In this document: positions 19,717 through 31,592 of the stretch, in pieces
Layout of the letters: every line of letters begins with the position of its first letter
Position numbering within the stretch: position 1 is the first letter of the stretch
NCBI GenBank assembly: GCA_029559475.1
Contig: JAKQBN010000055.1
Span: 7,089-71,088, forward strand
DNA: 64,000 nucleotides
Source: a bacterium
Lineage (GTDB): Bacteria > UBA4055
Reading direction: 5' to 3'
Notes under the pieces: model-generated
Databases searched by the model: none
Seen by the model: only the letters and a program-made list of their open reading frames with translations
Told to the model about the DNA's origin: nothing
Made by a program: the position numbers and the translations under genes

Positions 19717-20985
19717 ATGATGGTAAAAGAAGAGATCCAATATCTGTTCGACCGCGGGATGTTCGGAATGAAGCTCGGTCTGAAAAACATAACTGATCTT
19801 TTAGAATTCGGTTCTGTCGATCTTAAAAAGCTGCCGGCTGTTCATATTGCAGGAACTAACGGCAAAGGCTCTACATCTAATATCATAGCTCAGGTAATGA
19901 CAGCTAACGGATACAGGACAGGTCTCTTCACATCACCTCATCTGCAGAGGTTCAACGAAAGAATAAAGATAGACAACTTAGAAATATCGGATGATGAATT
20001 GTCTGAATACATTAAATTTTTCAGGCCTGCGATAGAAAAATTCAACTGCACGTTCTTCGAGGCCAATACAGCGATAGCGTTTAAATATTTTACTGATAAA
20101 AAGGTCGATCTGGCCGTGATAGAGACAGGGCTGGGCGGAAGCCTCGATTCCACTAATGTGATCACTCCGCTTTTATCGGTTATCACGGGAATAGATTTCG
20201 ACCACCAGAAACAGCTGGGATCATCGGTTGTTCAGATCGCCCGCGAAAAGGCGGGGATCTTCAAAAAAAGTGCGCCTGCCGTAGTTAATTTCAGAAGAGA
20301 AGCAGCAGGGAAGGTTCTTAGGTCATACGCAAAAAAGACAGGATCGAAGTTCCATATAGTCGATAAGCACAAAATCATGTTCAGAAATACTGACGGGAAA
20401 AAGACCCTTGAGTTCTATCTTAACGGAAAACGCGTTACCGCGACGGTAAATCTGAAAGGAAAATATCAGGAAGACAATCTTAGAACCGCTCTTACAGCTC
20501 TCAGGTTCATATCGAAAAAGTTTAGTCTCGATCCTGAAAAGACAGCCGAAGCTCTGTCAGATATCAGGATAAAAGGAAGGATGGAGACTTTATCACAAGA
20601 TCCGTTTTTTATGATCGACGCGGCGCATAATACAGAGGGGCTTACTTTTTTAAAGAACGAACTTGAAAAAGGAGCGTATAAAACGGTGCATCTGATAATC
20701 GGTATGGTAAAGGATAAGGATTTCGAGAAAGCACTAAAGCTTATCTCGGAAATCAAAGCTGAAAAATACTTCACACAGGCTGACAATAAAAGAATGCTCG
20801 ACATAGAAACGATAAAAAACTGCAAATATTTAAAAAGAAGCGGCGCTGCGGGATTTTTCGAAAAGCCTTCTGAAGCTTTCGATGAAGCCGCAAAGAGGTA
20901 TAAAAAAGGCGACATAATAGTCGCATCGGGTTCGCATTATATGCTCGGCGACCTTTTAAACGGAATAGAAAACAAATTAAAATAA
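19717..20985 (+). CDS. folC: bifunctional folylpolyglutamate synthase / dihydrofolate synthase
   Basis: P-loop [11 protein letters not shown], Mur-ligase-like layout, 422 aa. Confidence 0.9.
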   Translation: MMVKEEIQYLFDRGMFGMKLGLKNITDLLEFGSVDLKKLPAVHIAGTNGKGSTSNIIAQVMTANGYRTGLFTSPHLQRFNERIKIDNLEISDDELSEYIKFFRPAIEKFNCTFFEANTAIAFKYFTDKKVDLAVIETGLGGSLDSTNVITPLLSVITGIDFDHQKQLGSSVVQIAREKAGIFKKSAPAVVNFRREAAGKVLRSYAKKTGSKFHIVDKHKIMFRNTDGKKTLEFYLNGKRVTATVNLKGKYQEDNLRTALTALRFISKKFSLDPEKTAEALSDIRIKGRMETLSQDPFFMIDAAHNTEGLTFLKNELEKGAYKTVHLIIGMVKDKDFEKALKLISEIKAEKYFTQADNKRMLDIETIKNCKYLKRSGAAGFFEKPSEAFDEAAKRYKKGDIIVASGSHYMLGDLLNGIENKLK

Positions 20986-20999
20986 AAAAGGAAAAGATC

Positions 21000-22298
21000 A
21001 TGGACGAACTGCAGAAGTACGATCTCAAAACATTAAAAAGCATGACGGTCAGGGAACTGACTGAGATAGCCATTAAGCTTGGCATCGAAGATTACGCGAC
21101 TCTTTTAAAGCAGGAGCTTATTTTCAAGATCCTGGAAGGCAACACGCAAGAAGAAGAGGGACTTGAGGGTGACGGTCTTTTAGAGATAATCGCGCTCGAT
21201 AAGGATAATAAATATGGATTTTTGAGATCCCCGAACACGAACTATCAGCAGGGCAAGAACGACATTTACGTTTCTCCCGCTCAGATAAAGAAATTCGGAT
21301 TAAGGACAGGCCACTATGTATCAGGCCAGATCAGAGCGCCCAAGGAAGGGGAGAAGTATTTCGCTCTTTTAAAGGTGGACAGCGTGAACGACATGGATCC
21401 CGATTACATCAAGAAGATCATTATGTTCGAGAACCTGACGCCGTTACACCCTAACGACAGATTCAAGCTCGAAAATAAAAAATTCGGCGTCGAGAATGAA
21501 ACTTTAAGGATACTCGATCTGTTCTCGCCTTTGGGAAAAGGGCAGAGAGCGCTGATCGTATCTCCGCCGAAAGCCGGAAAAACGACTATCATGAGACAGA
21601 TAGCCAACGCGATAGCGGAAAATCATCCTCAGGCCAAGATAATGATGCTTCTTGTAGACGAAAGGCCAGAAGAGGTCACAGAGATGCAGAGAAGCATTAA
21701 AGGCGAGGTCATCAGCTCCACATTCGACGAAAAACCCGAAAAGCATATTTCAGTAGCCAGAATGGTTCTCGATAAGGCTAAAAGAGAAGTCGAGTACGGA
21801 AAGGACGTTGTTATACTTCTCGACAGCATCACAAGGCTGGCAAGAGCCTATAACGCGGCGGCTCCCCACAGCGGAAGGATCCTTTCGGGAGGTGTGGACG
21901 CGAACGCTCTCTATGAACCGAAAAGATTTTACGGAGCTGCAAGGAACCTGGAGGAAGGCGGAAGCCTGACGATAATAGCCACCGCTCTGATCGATACGGG
22001 AAGCCGTATGGACGAAGTAATCTTCGAGGAGTTCAAGGGAACAGGCAACCTCGAGCTTGTTCTGGACAGAAGGCTCGCCGAAATGAGGATCTATCCGGCT
22101 ATAGATATAAATAAATCAGGCACGAGGAAAGAAGAGCTGCTGCTCGAGACCTCAACCCTGAATAAAATATGGATATTGAGAAAAATGCTCGCACCGATGT
22201 CGAATATCGAATCAATGAAATTCATGAAAGAGAAGATCGTACAGACAGAGAACAATACAGAGCTCTTCAAGATGATGACTAGCGGTTCGTCCTTTTAA
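21000..22298 (+). CDS. rho: transcription termination factor Rho
   Basis: Rho N-terminal and RNA-binding region (GFLR...DIYVSP.QI..F.LRTG), Walker [34 protein letters not shown]. Confidence 0.95.
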   Translation: MDELQKYDLKTLKSMTVRELTEIAIKLGIEDYATLLKQELIFKILEGNTQEEEGLEGDGLLEIIALDKDNKYGFLRSPNTNYQQGKNDIYVSPAQIKKFGLRTGHYVSGQIRAPKEGEKYFALLKVDSVNDMDPDYIKKIIMFENLTPLHPNDRFKLENKKFGVENETLRILDLFSPLGKGQRALIVSPPKAGKTTIMRQIANAIAENHPQAKIMMLLVDERPEEVTEMQRSIKGEVISSTFDEKPEKHISVARMVLDKAKREVEYGKDVVILLDSITRLARAYNAAAPHSGRILSGGVDANALYEPKRFYGAARNLEEGGSLTIIATALIDTGSRMDEVIFEEFKGTGNLELVLDRRLAEMRIYPAIDINKSGTRKEELLLETSTLNKIWILRKMLAPMSNIESMKFMKEKIVQTENNTELFKMMTSGSSF

Positions 22299-22317
22299 AA
22301 ATATTTAAGGAATCAAT

Positions 22318-24696
22318 TTGGATAAATTCAAACGATATACTCCCTATCTGATATTTCTTACGGTAACAGTTATTCTTTTCGGAGAATTTTTGTTTACGAA
22401 CGGAGTTCTTTTCAGCTCTGATCAGCTTGAGAGCGGTATTTTCTTTAGAAAATTCTATACAGATTTCGTAAAGGAATTCGGTGAAATGCCGATGTGGGAC
22501 AGATATATTTCTTGCGGCCTGCCTTTCGTAGACGCTACGCACGGCGATACTTTCTATCCGGCGGCTCTTTTACAGTTCTTCATTCCGCTGCATAAGGCAC
22601 TCGGATTAAAGCTCGTTCTGCATGTATTTCTCGCCGGCGTTTTTATGTTCGTTTTTCTCAAGAATTACGGTCTGAGAAAAATATCCTCTTTTGCAGGAGC
22701 TTTAGCTTATATGACGGCTCCGATGCTTGTTACCCTCGTTTATCCCGGCCACGATGCGAAAATGTATGTCGCGGCGCTTTTTCCTCTCGGCATGAACTTT
22801 TTGTATAAAGGCATCGAAGGCAAAGGGAATAAAAATTATGCATTCTTCGGCGCAACATTAGGATTTATGATCCTTTCATCTCATCTTCAGACTACCTATT
22901 TCGCTATGTGGTTCTATTTCTTCTACGCTCTCTACAGAGCCGTCAAAGATTATACAGTTTCAAAAAAGCTGATAAAGCCCGTATCGGGATTCGGCCTTTT
23001 CTGGGCAGGGATCATACTCGCCGTCTTCATAGGCGCGGTCCAGCTCGTGCCTCCTTATATGTACACGAAGGAATTCTCGATAAGGGGGACCGAAGCTAAA
23101 ACATCTTACGAGCACGCCATTTCCTGGGGAATTCATCCCGAAGAGGCGATGTCGCTTGTCGTGCCTGAATTCTGCGGCGAGAACAGGACTTCCCACGTTC
23201 AGAGCTACGAGGAACAGCAGGAAGTAATAAAAGACGGCGGAAATTCTTACTGGGGAAGGAACTCGTTCAAACTGAACAGCGAATATTCCGGCGTGATCCT
23301 GATACTTTTGACGATACTAGCACTTTTCATTTACAGAGGCAAACATTTCGGCGATGTCGTTTTCTTTTTCTGCTTCGGCGTGTTCACTCTTTTATATTCG
23401 CTGGGTGACCATACACCTCTTTTCAGGCTGGTTTACCATATCGTTCCCGGAGTGAAAATGTTCAGAGGCCAGGGAATGATACTCTTCTTGTTAACTTTCG
23501 TCCTTGCAGCCTGCGCGTCTGTGATCCTCGATCACATCATAAGCCTGAAAGAAGACGGAAAAGCTGAAAAGTATGTTAAGCCTTTAATGATCGCTGCAGG
23601 CGTAATATTGGCTGCGGGATTAATAAAGGCGGCCGCTGCGGGCAGTATGATGGAAATTTATCAGACGTTCTTTACGCCCGAAAGAATGCCGTCTGAAGAA
23701 TACTTAGGGACCATAAGTAAAGGGATAATATTATCAAGCCTGCTGATGTCGGGCACACTTATATTAATCTGGCTATATCTGAAAAACAAGATGAGCGCGA
23801 TAGTATTTATCAGCCTGATCTCCGTACTTATATTTGCCGACACATACAGAGTCGACCGGAAATTTATCCGTACGGTTTCAAAGGATGGTCTCGGTATAAA
23901 ATTCACCGATATCGATATCACAAAGCAGCTAAGGCAGCTTGAATCTGATGAAGGATATTTCAGAGTTTTGGATCTGAATATGTTCGGAGCTAACCAGCTT
24001 CCTATACACAAAGTCACAACCGTAACGGGATTCCATGACAACGAGCTTAAATGGTTCAGAAAATTCAGAGGCGTAAATATAGACGGTGTGAATACGGATG
24101 AAAATTTTACGTATAATTTAAATGAGTATTACAATAATAATTTTTTAAAACTTTCCGGCGCCAGATTCATTTTGTACAGGCCTGAAGGCTCGCAGGGAGA
24201 GATAATCCCCAACCAGAACTATCTTCCGAGAGCTTACACAGTAAGCAGTTGCGTAGTTATACCTGAAGAAGATAAGATCGCTGGAAGGCTGAAAACGGAT
24301 TTCGATCCTGCAGCGGTCGTGATATTAGAAAAGGAACCGTCCATAAAACCTGTAAACGATTCTATCCCGCCGGGAAATGTTACAGGCTACAAATATCTTG
24401 GCAACGAGATAGAACTCACGGCTGTGATGAACAGGGACGGTTTTGTTGTAATGACTGACAATTATTTCCCGTACTGGCACGCATTCGATGAAAGCGGCAA
24501 AGAGATCGAAATATACAAGGCTGATCTCACTTTCAGATCTATCGAACTGAAAAAAGGTGAACACAGGATCACCTTCAAATATGTTTCAAAGCCGTATGCA
24601 GTCGGAAAATCTGCAACAATATTAGGGTTGATTTTTTTATCCGTTATTATTATTTTTGAAAGTTTTATACGGAATAAGCGTAGAAAATTAAAATAA
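22318..24696 (+). CDS. YfhO-like polytopic membrane protein (putative glycosyltransferase)
   Basis: 792 aa with many hydrophobic segments. C-terminal NYFPYWHAFDESGKEIEIYKADLTFRSIELKKGEHRITFKY resembles the YfhO family. TTG start. Confidence 0.65.
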   Translation: MDKFKRYTPYLIFLTVTVILFGEFLFTNGVLFSSDQLESGIFFRKFYTDFVKEFGEMPMWDRYISCGLPFVDATHGDTFYPAALLQFFIPLHKALGLKLVLHVFLAGVFMFVFLKNYGLRKISSFAGALAYMTAPMLVTLVYPGHDAKMYVAALFPLGMNFLYKGIEGKGNKNYAFFGATLGFMILSSHLQTTYFAMWFYFFYALYRAVKDYTVSKKLIKPVSGFGLFWAGIILAVFIGAVQLVPPYMYTKEFSIRGTEAKTSYEHAISWGIHPEEAMSLVVPEFCGENRTSHVQSYEEQQEVIKDGGNSYWGRNSFKLNSEYSGVILILLTILALFIYRGKHFGDVVFFFCFGVFTLLYSLGDHTPLFRLVYHIVPGVKMFRGQGMILFLLTFVLAACASVILDHIISLKEDGKAEKYVKPLMIAAGVILAAGLIKAAAAGSMMEIYQTFFTPERMPSEEYLGTISKGIILSSLLMSGTLILIWLYLKNKMSAIVFISLISVLIFADTYRVDRKFIRTVSKDGLGIKFTDIDITKQLRQLESDEGYFRVLDLNMFGANQLPIHKVTTVTGFHDNELKWFRKFRGVNIDGVNTDENFTYNLNEYYNNNFLKLSGARFILYRPEGSQGEIIPNQNYLPRAYTVSSCVVIPEEDKIAGRLKTDFDPAAVVILEKEPSIKPVNDSIPPGNVTGYKYLGNEIELTAVMNRDGFVVMTDNYFPYWHAFDESGKEIEIYKADLTFRSIELKKGEHRITFKYVSKPYAVGKSATILGLIFLSVIIIFESFIRNKRRKLK

Positions 24697-24709
24697 AGAG
24701 GGAGTGTTT

Positions 24710-26917
24710 ATGATCAACAATCTGTTCTGGCTGGCGCCGATAGGCTCTGTAATAGCGCTTATCTTCGCTTTCTACTTTTACAAAAAACTTCTGAAAGAAG
24801 ACGAAGGCACGGACAAAATGAAAAAGATAGCCGCGCATGTAAGAGTGGGAGCGATGGCATACTTAAAACAGCAGTACAAAGTAGTGACGATAGTGTTTGT
24901 CATTATAGCTGTGCTTTTCGCGATTATGGCTTATGTTCTTAAGATCCAGAACGAATGGGTATGGTTCGCGTTTTTAACAGGCGGATTCTTTTCGGGGTTG
25001 TCGGGATTCTTCGGAATGAAAACGGCGACTTACGCTTCAGCAAGGACTGCTTTCGCCGCTCAGAAATCATTAAACGACGGTCTAAGGGTAGCTTTCCGTT
25101 CCGGAGCAGTTATGGGTCTTGTAGTAGTCGGACTGGGGCTATTGGACATTTCGTTATGGTTCCTTATCATGAATTACTTCTATCCTTTCGGCGAAGCGAA
25201 TAATGCGATAATCATTACGACTACTATGCTTACATTCGGCATGGGAGCTTCGACTCAGGCTCTGTTCGCAAGAGTCGGCGGAGGTATATTTACTAAAGCC
25301 GCTGACGTGGGAGCTGATCTTGTCGGAAAAGTCGAAGCGGGAATTCCCGAGGACGATCCCAGGAATCCGGCCGTTATAGCTGATAACGTAGGAGATAACG
25401 TTGGCGATGTTGCAGGTATGGGCGCTGACCTTTATGAATCTTACTGCGGATCGATACTGGCTACCGCATCATTGGGAGCCGCTATATTCGTAGGAAAAGC
25501 TGATACGTTGATGCAGTTCAATTTCGTTATTGCACCGATGCTAATCGCGGCTGTTGGTATAGTTCTTTCGCTTATCGGTATTTTTATGGTAAAAACAAAA
25601 GAAGGCGCTTCGCAGAAAGATCTTCTCGCATCTCTGGCTACCGGAGTTAATATCAGCTCTGTGCTGATAGCTGTTGCTTCTTTTATGATCATGAAATACC
25701 TTGATATGGATAATTATCTCGGAATTTGGGGATCTGTCGTTACCGGACTTTTGACAGGCATAATAATAGGTAAAACTACAGAATACTATACATCACATTC
25801 GTTCAAACCTACTCAGTCAGTCGCTGATAATGCTAAGACGGGACATGCGACCGTGATTATCGCCGGTCTCGGACTCGGAATGCTTTCAACGGCTATACCG
25901 GTGATAACAGTTGTTGTAGGTACAATACTCTCTTTTCTTTTCGCATCGGGAGGAGATTTGTCTCATGTATCAATGGGATTATACGGGATCGGGATCGCTG
26001 CCGTAGGGATGCTTTCGACACTCGGAATAACATTAGCTACCGATGCATACGGACCGATAGCTGATAACGCGGGCGGTAACGCAGAAATGAGCGGGCTGGA
26101 CAAGGAAGTCAGAAAAAGAACTGATGCTCTGGATGCTCTGGGAAACACCACGGCTGCAACAGGAAAAGGGTTCGCAATAGGTTCAGCAGCTTTAACAGCG
26201 CTTGCTCTTTTAGCTTCTTATGTTGACGAGATCAAGATAGCGCTCGAAAGAGCAGGACAGACTACTCTTGAAGTTGCCGGAGGGGCTATAGTAGCTGTTA
26301 ATGAAGCATCGCTCAATGATTTCATGTCGGCATTCAATATCACGCTCATGAATCCGTTCGTTCTGGTCGGAATATTTCTGGGATCTATGATGGCGTTCAT
26401 GTTCTCCGGATTGTCGATGCTGGCAGTCGGAAAGGCAGCAGGAAAGATGGTGGAAGAGGTAAGAAGACAGTTCAGAGAGATCAAAGGCATTATGGAAGGT
26501 AAAGCCGAACCTGATTACGCAAGATGCGTAGAGATATCCACGAAAGGCGCTCAGAGAGCGATGATGCTTCCTTCGCTTCTTGCTATAATAGTTCCGATAG
26601 TAACAGGAATAATATTCGGAGTTCCCGGAGTCATGGGACTTCTGATCGGCGGAACATCTACGGGATTCGTACTCGCGATATTTATGGCGAATGCCGGCGG
26701 AGCATGGGATAACGCGAAGAAATACATCGAGGAAGGACATCACGGCGGAAAGGGCTCGGACGCGCACAAAGCGGCAGTTACGGGTGATACAGTCGGCGAT
26801 CCTTTCAAGGATACCGCAGGACCCAGCCTCAATATTCTGATCAAGTTAATGAGCATGGTATCGATCGTTATGGCCGGTCTGACCGTAAGCTTCAATATGC
26901 TTAATCTTTTCAAATAG
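24710..26917 (+). CDS. hppA: membrane-bound K+/Na+ or H+-translocating pyrophosphatase
   Basis: [67 protein letters not shown] 24710 is preferred (gagggag RBS). Confidence 0.95.
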   Translation: MINNLFWLAPIGSVIALIFAFYFYKKLLKEDEGTDKMKKIAAHVRVGAMAYLKQQYKVVTIVFVIIAVLFAIMAYVLKIQNEWVWFAFLTGGFFSGLSGFFGMKTATYASARTAFAAQKSLNDGLRVAFRSGAVMGLVVVGLGLLDISLWFLIMNYFYPFGEANNAIIITTTMLTFGMGASTQALFARVGGGIFTKAADVGADLVGKVEAGIPEDDPRNPAVIADNVGDNVGDVAGMGADLYESYCGSILATASLGAAIFVGKADTLMQFNFVIAPMLIAAVGIVLSLIGIFMVKTKEGASQKDLLASLATGVNISSVLIAVASFMIMKYLDMDNYLGIWGSVVTGLLTGIIIGKTTEYYTSHSFKPTQSVADNAKTGHATVIIAGLGLGMLSTAIPVITVVVGTILSFLFASGGDLSHVSMGLYGIGIAAVGMLSTLGITLATDAYGPIADNAGGNAEMSGLDKEVRKRTDALDALGNTTAATGKGFAIGSAALTALALLASYVDEIKIALERAGQTTLEVAGGAIVAVNEASLNDFMSAFNITLMNPFVLVGIFLGSMMAFMFSGLSMLAVGKAAGKMVEEVRRQFREIKGIMEGKAEPDYARCVEISTKGAQRAMMLPSLLAIIVPIVTGIIFGVPGVMGLLIGGTSTGFVLAIFMANAGGAWDNAKKYIEEGHHGGKGSDAHKAAVTGDTVGDPFKDTAGPSLNILIKLMSMVSIVMAGLTVSFNMLNLFK

Positions 26918-26933
26918 ATAATTATATCGTAAT

Positions 26934-26964
26934 AAAAAACCCCGGCTTAGTTCCGGGGTTTTTT
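26934..26964. terminator. bidirectional intrinsic terminator
   Basis: aaaaaaCCCCGGcttagttCCGGGGtttttt between convergent hppA and mscS-like genes. Confidence 0.8.
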
Positions 26965-26978
26965 AATTTCAATATATT

Positions 26979-28031
26979 TTATTTCTTGTATATCGTCTGC
27001 GTCGGGTAAGCGAACTCCAGCCCGTTCTCATTGAATCTTTTTAATACCTCAAGATTGATCTTTGATTGTGCTTTTAGAATGTCGGCCTCTTTTCTTATGT
27101 AATAAATAAAGAGAATACCCAGCGAGAATTCACCCCAGCTGTTGAAAGACACGAGGCAGTCTTCGCTAACGATCTCATTATTGTTCTTTATAATATCTTT
27201 TAAAATATTCATGGCTGCGTCCATCTTCTCCGGAGAAGTGTCGTAAACAAGGCCGAGATTAACAACAACTTTCCTTGTCGGCTCGGCAGAATTGTTAGTT
27301 ACGCTGGATTCCGCGAATTTAGAATTCGGCACAGTTACGAGCCTGCCTTCGAGAGTTCTGATTCTTGTGCTTCTTATGCCGACTTCTTCAACAATTCCGT
27401 TGTCGCCGCCTATTACTACCCAGTCTCCAAGCTGGAAAGGCTTGTCGATGAAGATCATTACCCCACCGAAAATATTCTTCACAGTATCCTGGGCTGCAAG
27501 GGCAAGAGCGAGACCTCCGATACCGAGACCTGCGATTAGAGCCATAATATCGAATCCCGCATTATCGAGCGCAACGATCAGGCCGATGATCCAGAGCAGG
27601 ACTTTTACTCCTGTTCTTAGGATAGGTACTATCTGGTCGTCAAAAGTATTCTCTGATTTCTCTGCTAAAGGTATAAGTATCTCGCCTATAAGAGCGTCGA
27701 TAGCCCTTACTATGAGCCATGTGATGTTAAAAATCAGCACGAACATCAGCGCTCTGTGCATAAAATTCTCGAATCCTTCAGGAAAGGTCAGCCTGTTGAA
27801 TCCCATCCACATACCTGTCAGAACTATGCCGTAAACGACTGGTTTTTCGATCGCGCCGATAAGAGCGTCGTCAATGTTCGTTTTTGTTTTCGCGGTAAGT
27901 TTTTTTACTACTTCCTTGATCACCCAGTAGATGGCCTTGGAAAACAATATACCTCCGAGAACGAACAGAAGAGAATAGAACCACTGTTCAACGGTATTTC
28001 CGTAAAATGTCTTTGAGAAAAATTCATCCAT
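26979..28031 (-). CDS. mechanosensitive ion channel (MscS family)
   Basis: N-terminal TM helices, then GLGIGGLALALAAQDTVKNIFGG..I..DKPFQLGDWV and the beta-domain. Confidence 0.85.
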   Translation of the reverse strand: MDEFFSKTFYGNTVEQWFYSLLFVLGGILFSKAIYWVIKEVVKKLTAKTKTNIDDALIGAIEKPVVYGIVLTGMWMGFNRLTFPEGFENFMHRALMFVLIFNITWLIVRAIDALIGEILIPLAEKSENTFDDQIVPILRTGVKVLLWIIGLIVALDNAGFDIMALIAGLGIGGLALALAAQDTVKNIFGGVMIFIDKPFQLGDWVVIGGDNGIVEEVGIRSTRIRTLEGRLVTVPNSKFAESSVTNNSAEPTRKVVVNLGLVYDTSPEKMDAAMNILKDIIKNNNEIVSEDCLVSFNSWGEFSLGILFIYYIRKEADILKAQSKINLEVLKRFNENGLEFAYPTQTIYKK

Positions 28032-28059
28032 ATTTCAACCTCATGTTAATTTTTTCGCA

Positions 28060-28089
28060 AATATAACAATAGCTGTAAGGATTAGTCAA
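28060..28089 (-). promoter_or_regulatory. sigma70-type promoter for the MscS-family gene
   Basis: Minus strand: TTGACT (28084-28089), 18-nt spacer, TATATT (28060-28065). RBS gaggt precedes ATG 28031. Confidence 0.35.
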
Positions 28090-28118
28090 TATATAAATAG
28101 AATATTCGGACGCGTTTA

Positions 28119-28865
28119 TTATACTTTTCCCACAGGCGCGAGATATACGACGAACTCATCTTTTCCGTCAGCCTTAACGAATGAATCACACTTTTTCTGG
28201 TCATATGCGCCTATTCCGCATGTTCCGCAGCTGACAGCCTCGCAGGCCAGATAAAGATTCTGGCACAGATGTCCGGCGTCAAGAGCAACAAGTTTAGCTG
28301 ATGCGGAGCTGTAGCGCCATTCGGTCCTGTAGGGTATAGCTGTCCAGATAAAGTAAACGGCGGGATCCCAGAACTGCTCAAGCGTGGCTTCGTGAAGATC
28401 TTTTACCATATCTCTTTTATATTCGCGTTCGGGATAAAGCATATGAGCTATCGGGAGGTATCTGTAAATTCCTTTTTCCAGTCCTGTCACGTTCCAAACG
28501 AACAGGTAGGTTTCGAAAGGGTGTCTTGCTCCGCCTGAAGGTACTGTTCTGAAAGTATACTTTTCAGTAAATTTTCTTACTCCCTGGGTCGCATAAAGCA
28601 GGAATGAAAGTTCTTCTATTGTCAGAGGTTCTTTTGAGTATTTTCTTCTGCTCTGCCTGTTCAGAATTGCCTGTTCAAGTGTAACCGGTTTGATCTTCCA
28701 TTCATCTTTTTTAACGAGCGGTATCAGCTGTCGTGTCCTGTCTATGGGCTTTTCCATAGCCGGAAGAGGTTTTTTCAAAGCCTGATCAGAAACTTCAAGA
28801 TCCAATACGTCCCAGTTCGATCTTAAATACTCTCTGTTTTTTAAGAGTTTCTCGTTACTCTGCAT
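28119..28865 (-). CDS. SagB/ThcOx-type nitroreductase-family dehydrogenase
   Basis: RQSRRKY...LSFLLYATQG...RTVPSGGARHPFETY...GIYRY pattern. Confidence 0.7.
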   Translation of the reverse strand: MQSNEKLLKNREYLRSNWDVLDLEVSDQALKKPLPAMEKPIDRTRQLIPLVKKDEWKIKPVTLEQAILNRQSRRKYSKEPLTIEELSFLLYATQGVRKFTEKYTFRTVPSGGARHPFETYLFVWNVTGLEKGIYRYLPIAHMLYPEREYKRDMVKDLHEATLEQFWDPAVYFIWTAIPYRTEWRYSSASAKLVALDAGHLCQNLYLACEAVSCGTCGIGAYDQKKCDSFVKADGKDEFVVYLAPVGKV

Positions 28866-28874
28866 ATTTCCTCC

Positions 28875-29249
28875 CTAAAAAATCTTTGGTATAAAAATTA
28901 TCAGTCCTGTAACTACCGATACTATAGCGGCAACCAGAACCATTGCTGAACAAAGGTCTTTCGTTATGCCGACGATCATATTGTGCTCGGGAGATACGAA
29001 ATCGGCGATCCTTTCCACGGCTGCGTTAAAAATTTCGGACACAAGCACTAATCCTATGACAACTGAAATCATGATCCATTCTATGGCTGAGATATTAAAA
29101 ATGATCCCGAAGGCGACAGTTACCGATGCCGCGATAATGTGTATCCTGAAATTGGGTTCTTCATAAAACATAATAGCAACGCCCTTGAATGCGTATCTGA
29201 AACTGTGTATCCTGTTCCTGACTGAAAAACCAAGGCTGTTTTTGCTCAT
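28875..29249 (-). CDS. dgkA: diacylglycerol kinase (prokaryotic DAGK family)
   Basis: 124 aa, three TM segments, FRYAFKG...EPNFRIH...E.FN.A.E motif. Confidence 0.8.
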   Translation of the reverse strand: MSKNSLGFSVRNRIHSFRYAFKGVAIMFYEEPNFRIHIIAASVTVAFGIIFNISAIEWIMISVVIGLVLVSEIFNAAVERIADFVSPEHNMIVGITKDLCSAMVLVAAIVSVVTGLIIFIPKIF

Positions 29250-29262
29250 CGACCTGTCTCCT

Positions 29263-30015
29263 TTAAAAAACTGCCGTTATCTTTATTCCGTAAGTTCCGA
29301 CATCGAAGTCGGGAATTATACCTATTAATTTATCATTTAGATCTGTATTGCCACTTCTTTTGAACGGTTCGAAACGGTAAACAAGATCCGCGCAAAGCAT
29401 TCCGATACCTGCTCCAGCGAGAACATCTCCTGTCCAGTGCTTATTGTTAAGTATTCTAAGAGCACCCGTTGCAGTTGCGAAAGCGAATCCGCTATAAGCG
29501 ATAAAGCTGTTCGAATTTTTATATTCGTGAAAAAGAATCGATGCGTTGGTAAAAGCGATATTCGTGTGATTGGAGGGGAAAGATTCACGATCATCTCCGT
29601 CCGGTCTCAGCTTGTCAGTTGTATATTTCAGGATCTGAACGATTATCTGCGATGAAAGATTAGCCAGAAATACGTTTTTCGATCTTTCATAAAATCTGTT
29701 TTCTGCCTTTATTCCCATAAGATCAAAAATATATATTTCAGCCATGGGAACGTGGACTATGTAATCGTCGGCTTTAAGACTGAAGTCTTCTCCTGCCGCT
29801 TGTCTTATATCCGCCTGCAAATCTTTTTCAAACCCGCTTCCGCTTATAGCGCAACCGGCCGTTATAATCGTGATGGGCAGAATATATGGCAGAAAGGGGT
29901 TCTGATTACTTGTATTAAAACTGTCCTGCGCCTGAAGTGCCAATAAGATCGTCAGAATCAATAAAATGACCGTATGCCTGAAATTCGCTGCCAACAGATA
30001 CCCCGTGTAAGACAA
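29263..30015 (-). CDS. PAP2-family phosphatase
   Basis: KYTTDKLRPDG / SFPSNHT / HWTGDVLAG match the three PAP2 motifs. TTG start. Confidence 0.8.
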   Translation of the reverse strand: MSYTGYLLAANFRHTVILLILTILLALQAQDSFNTSNQNPFLPYILPITIITAGCAISGSGFEKDLQADIRQAAGEDFSLKADDYIVHVPMAEIYIFDLMGIKAENRFYERSKNVFLANLSSQIIVQILKYTTDKLRPDGDDRESFPSNHTNIAFTNASILFHEYKNSNSFIAYSGFAFATATGALRILNNKHWTGDVLAGAGIGMLCADLVYRFEPFKRSGNTDLNDKLIGIIPDFDVGTYGIKITAVF

Positions 30016-30053
30016 TGAAAATTAGTTCATATATTGCGTGAAATCAAGGTAAA

Positions 30054-31424
30054 TCAAACAGAATTGTATTTAGGTTTACGTCTGTATTCAACGGTTTTGG
30101 GCTCTTTGATTTCTGCCGGTTTATGCTTGAATCTGTCGGGAGACCGGTGCGCAGGCCTTTTATTCTGAACTGATTCTGAAAGTTTACGTTCAGCGACCTT
30201 TCTGGGCAGTTCCTTTGCGGAAACCGGGACCGGAGTGACGCCGGTGAACGGATAGGGGTGATCTTCGACTACCGGGATCTTTTTCGAGATAAGTTTCTCG
30301 ATATCACGCAGGTAAGGTCTTTCTTCAATGTCGCAGAATGAATAGGATGTGCCTCTTGCTCCGGCTCTTCCTGTCCTGCCGATCCGGTGAACGTACATCT
30401 CCGCGATATTGGAAATTTCGTAATTAATTACATATTCAAGATCGTTCACGTCTATTCCTCTTGCGGCTATATCGGTAGCTACAAGAACTCGGGTCGACTG
30501 ATCTTTGAAATTATTAAGAGCTCTCTGTCTGGCATTCTGAGCTTTGTTACCGTGTATCGCCTCTGCCGTAATATTGTTTTTCTGAAGAATCTTAACAACT
30601 TTATCCGCGCCGTGTTTTGTGCGTGTGAAAACCAGAGCTGTTTTAATTTCTTTGTTCTTGAGAATATCAATAAGAAGCGCCGACTTGTTCGCTTTATCCA
30701 CGAAGTAAACGTACTGATCGATCGTATCTACAGTAGAAGATATTGGAGTCACTGAAACATGAGAAGGATCATTAAGGATCGTTCCCGCCAGTTTTATGAT
30801 CTCATCCGGCATTGTTGCGGAAAAGAAAAGCGACTGTCTTTTTTTCGGAAGAACGGCAAGAACTTTTCTGATATCGTGAATGAATCCCATATCGAGCATT
30901 CTGTCAGCTTCGTCAAGAACGAATATCTCAATATCCTGGAGGCTTATAAATTTCTGGTTCATCAGATCTAAAAGCCTTCCGGGAGTGGCGATAAGTATAT
31001 CTATCCCGTCCTTTAATATCTGTGTCTGCGGATACTGATTAACTCCGCCGAAGATCACGGCGGTCTTTAGTTTTGTGTATCTTCCGTAGGCTTTGAAGCT
31101 GTCGCCGATCTGAATCGCAAGTTCTCTTGTCGGAGTAAGTATCAGGCTTCTTATCTTTCTTTTTCCTTCGTGTTTTCTTTCGCTGAGCAGTTGAAGGATA
31201 GGCACTGCGAAAGCGGCAGTCTTACCTGTGCCTGTCTGTGCGCACCCGAGAAGGTCGCGGCCTTTCAGGCAGACCGGTATGGATCGTACCTGTATCGGCG
31301 TCGGAGTCTTGTAGCCTTCGACAGCAATAGCTCTCAAGATCGGTTCGATTATATTTAATTGTTTGAACGGTGAATTTTCGTTCAAAGGTGAAACTTCAGA
31401 TTTTATCGTATTCGTCAAAATCAT
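30054..31424 (-). CDS. DEAD-box ATP-dependent RNA helicase
   Basis: Q-motif region, [25 protein letters not shown], basic C-terminal tail. Confidence 0.9.
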   Translation of the reverse strand: MILTNTIKSEVSPLNENSPFKQLNIIEPILRAIAVEGYKTPTPIQVRSIPVCLKGRDLLGCAQTGTGKTAAFAVPILQLLSERKHEGKRKIRSLILTPTRELAIQIGDSFKAYGRYTKLKTAVIFGGVNQYPQTQILKDGIDILIATPGRLLDLMNQKFISLQDIEIFVLDEADRMLDMGFIHDIRKVLAVLPKKRQSLFFSATMPDEIIKLAGTILNDPSHVSVTPISSTVDTIDQYVYFVDKANKSALLIDILKNKEIKTALVFTRTKHGADKVVKILQKNNITAEAIHGNKAQNARQRALNNFKDQSTRVLVATDIAARGIDVNDLEYVINYEISNIAEMYVHRIGRTGRAGARGTSYSFCDIEERPYLRDIEKLISKKIPVVEDHPYPFTGVTPVPVSAKELPRKVAERKLSESVQNKRPAHRSPDRFKHKPAEIKEPKTVEYRRKPKYNSV

Positions 31425-31545
31425 TCCTTAATTTTCTATTATTTGCGGATTATTCCGGTAATTGATTCAATACTCTATCGTTTGTTTGTTCTATGTTACA
31501 TACCTGATCAAACTTGATATCGTATCTTATTTGAAACGGTGACCG

Positions 31546-31574
31546 AATATAATCAATATTTTATATTAAATCAA
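31546..31574 (-). promoter_or_regulatory. sigma70-type promoter for the DEAD-box helicase gene (long 5' UTR)
   Basis: Minus strand: gccTTGATT (31569-31574), 17-nt spacer, TATATT (31546-31551), about 115 nt upstream of the ATG. Confidence 0.35.
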
Positions 31575-31592
31575 GGCAATTAAAAGTTCTGC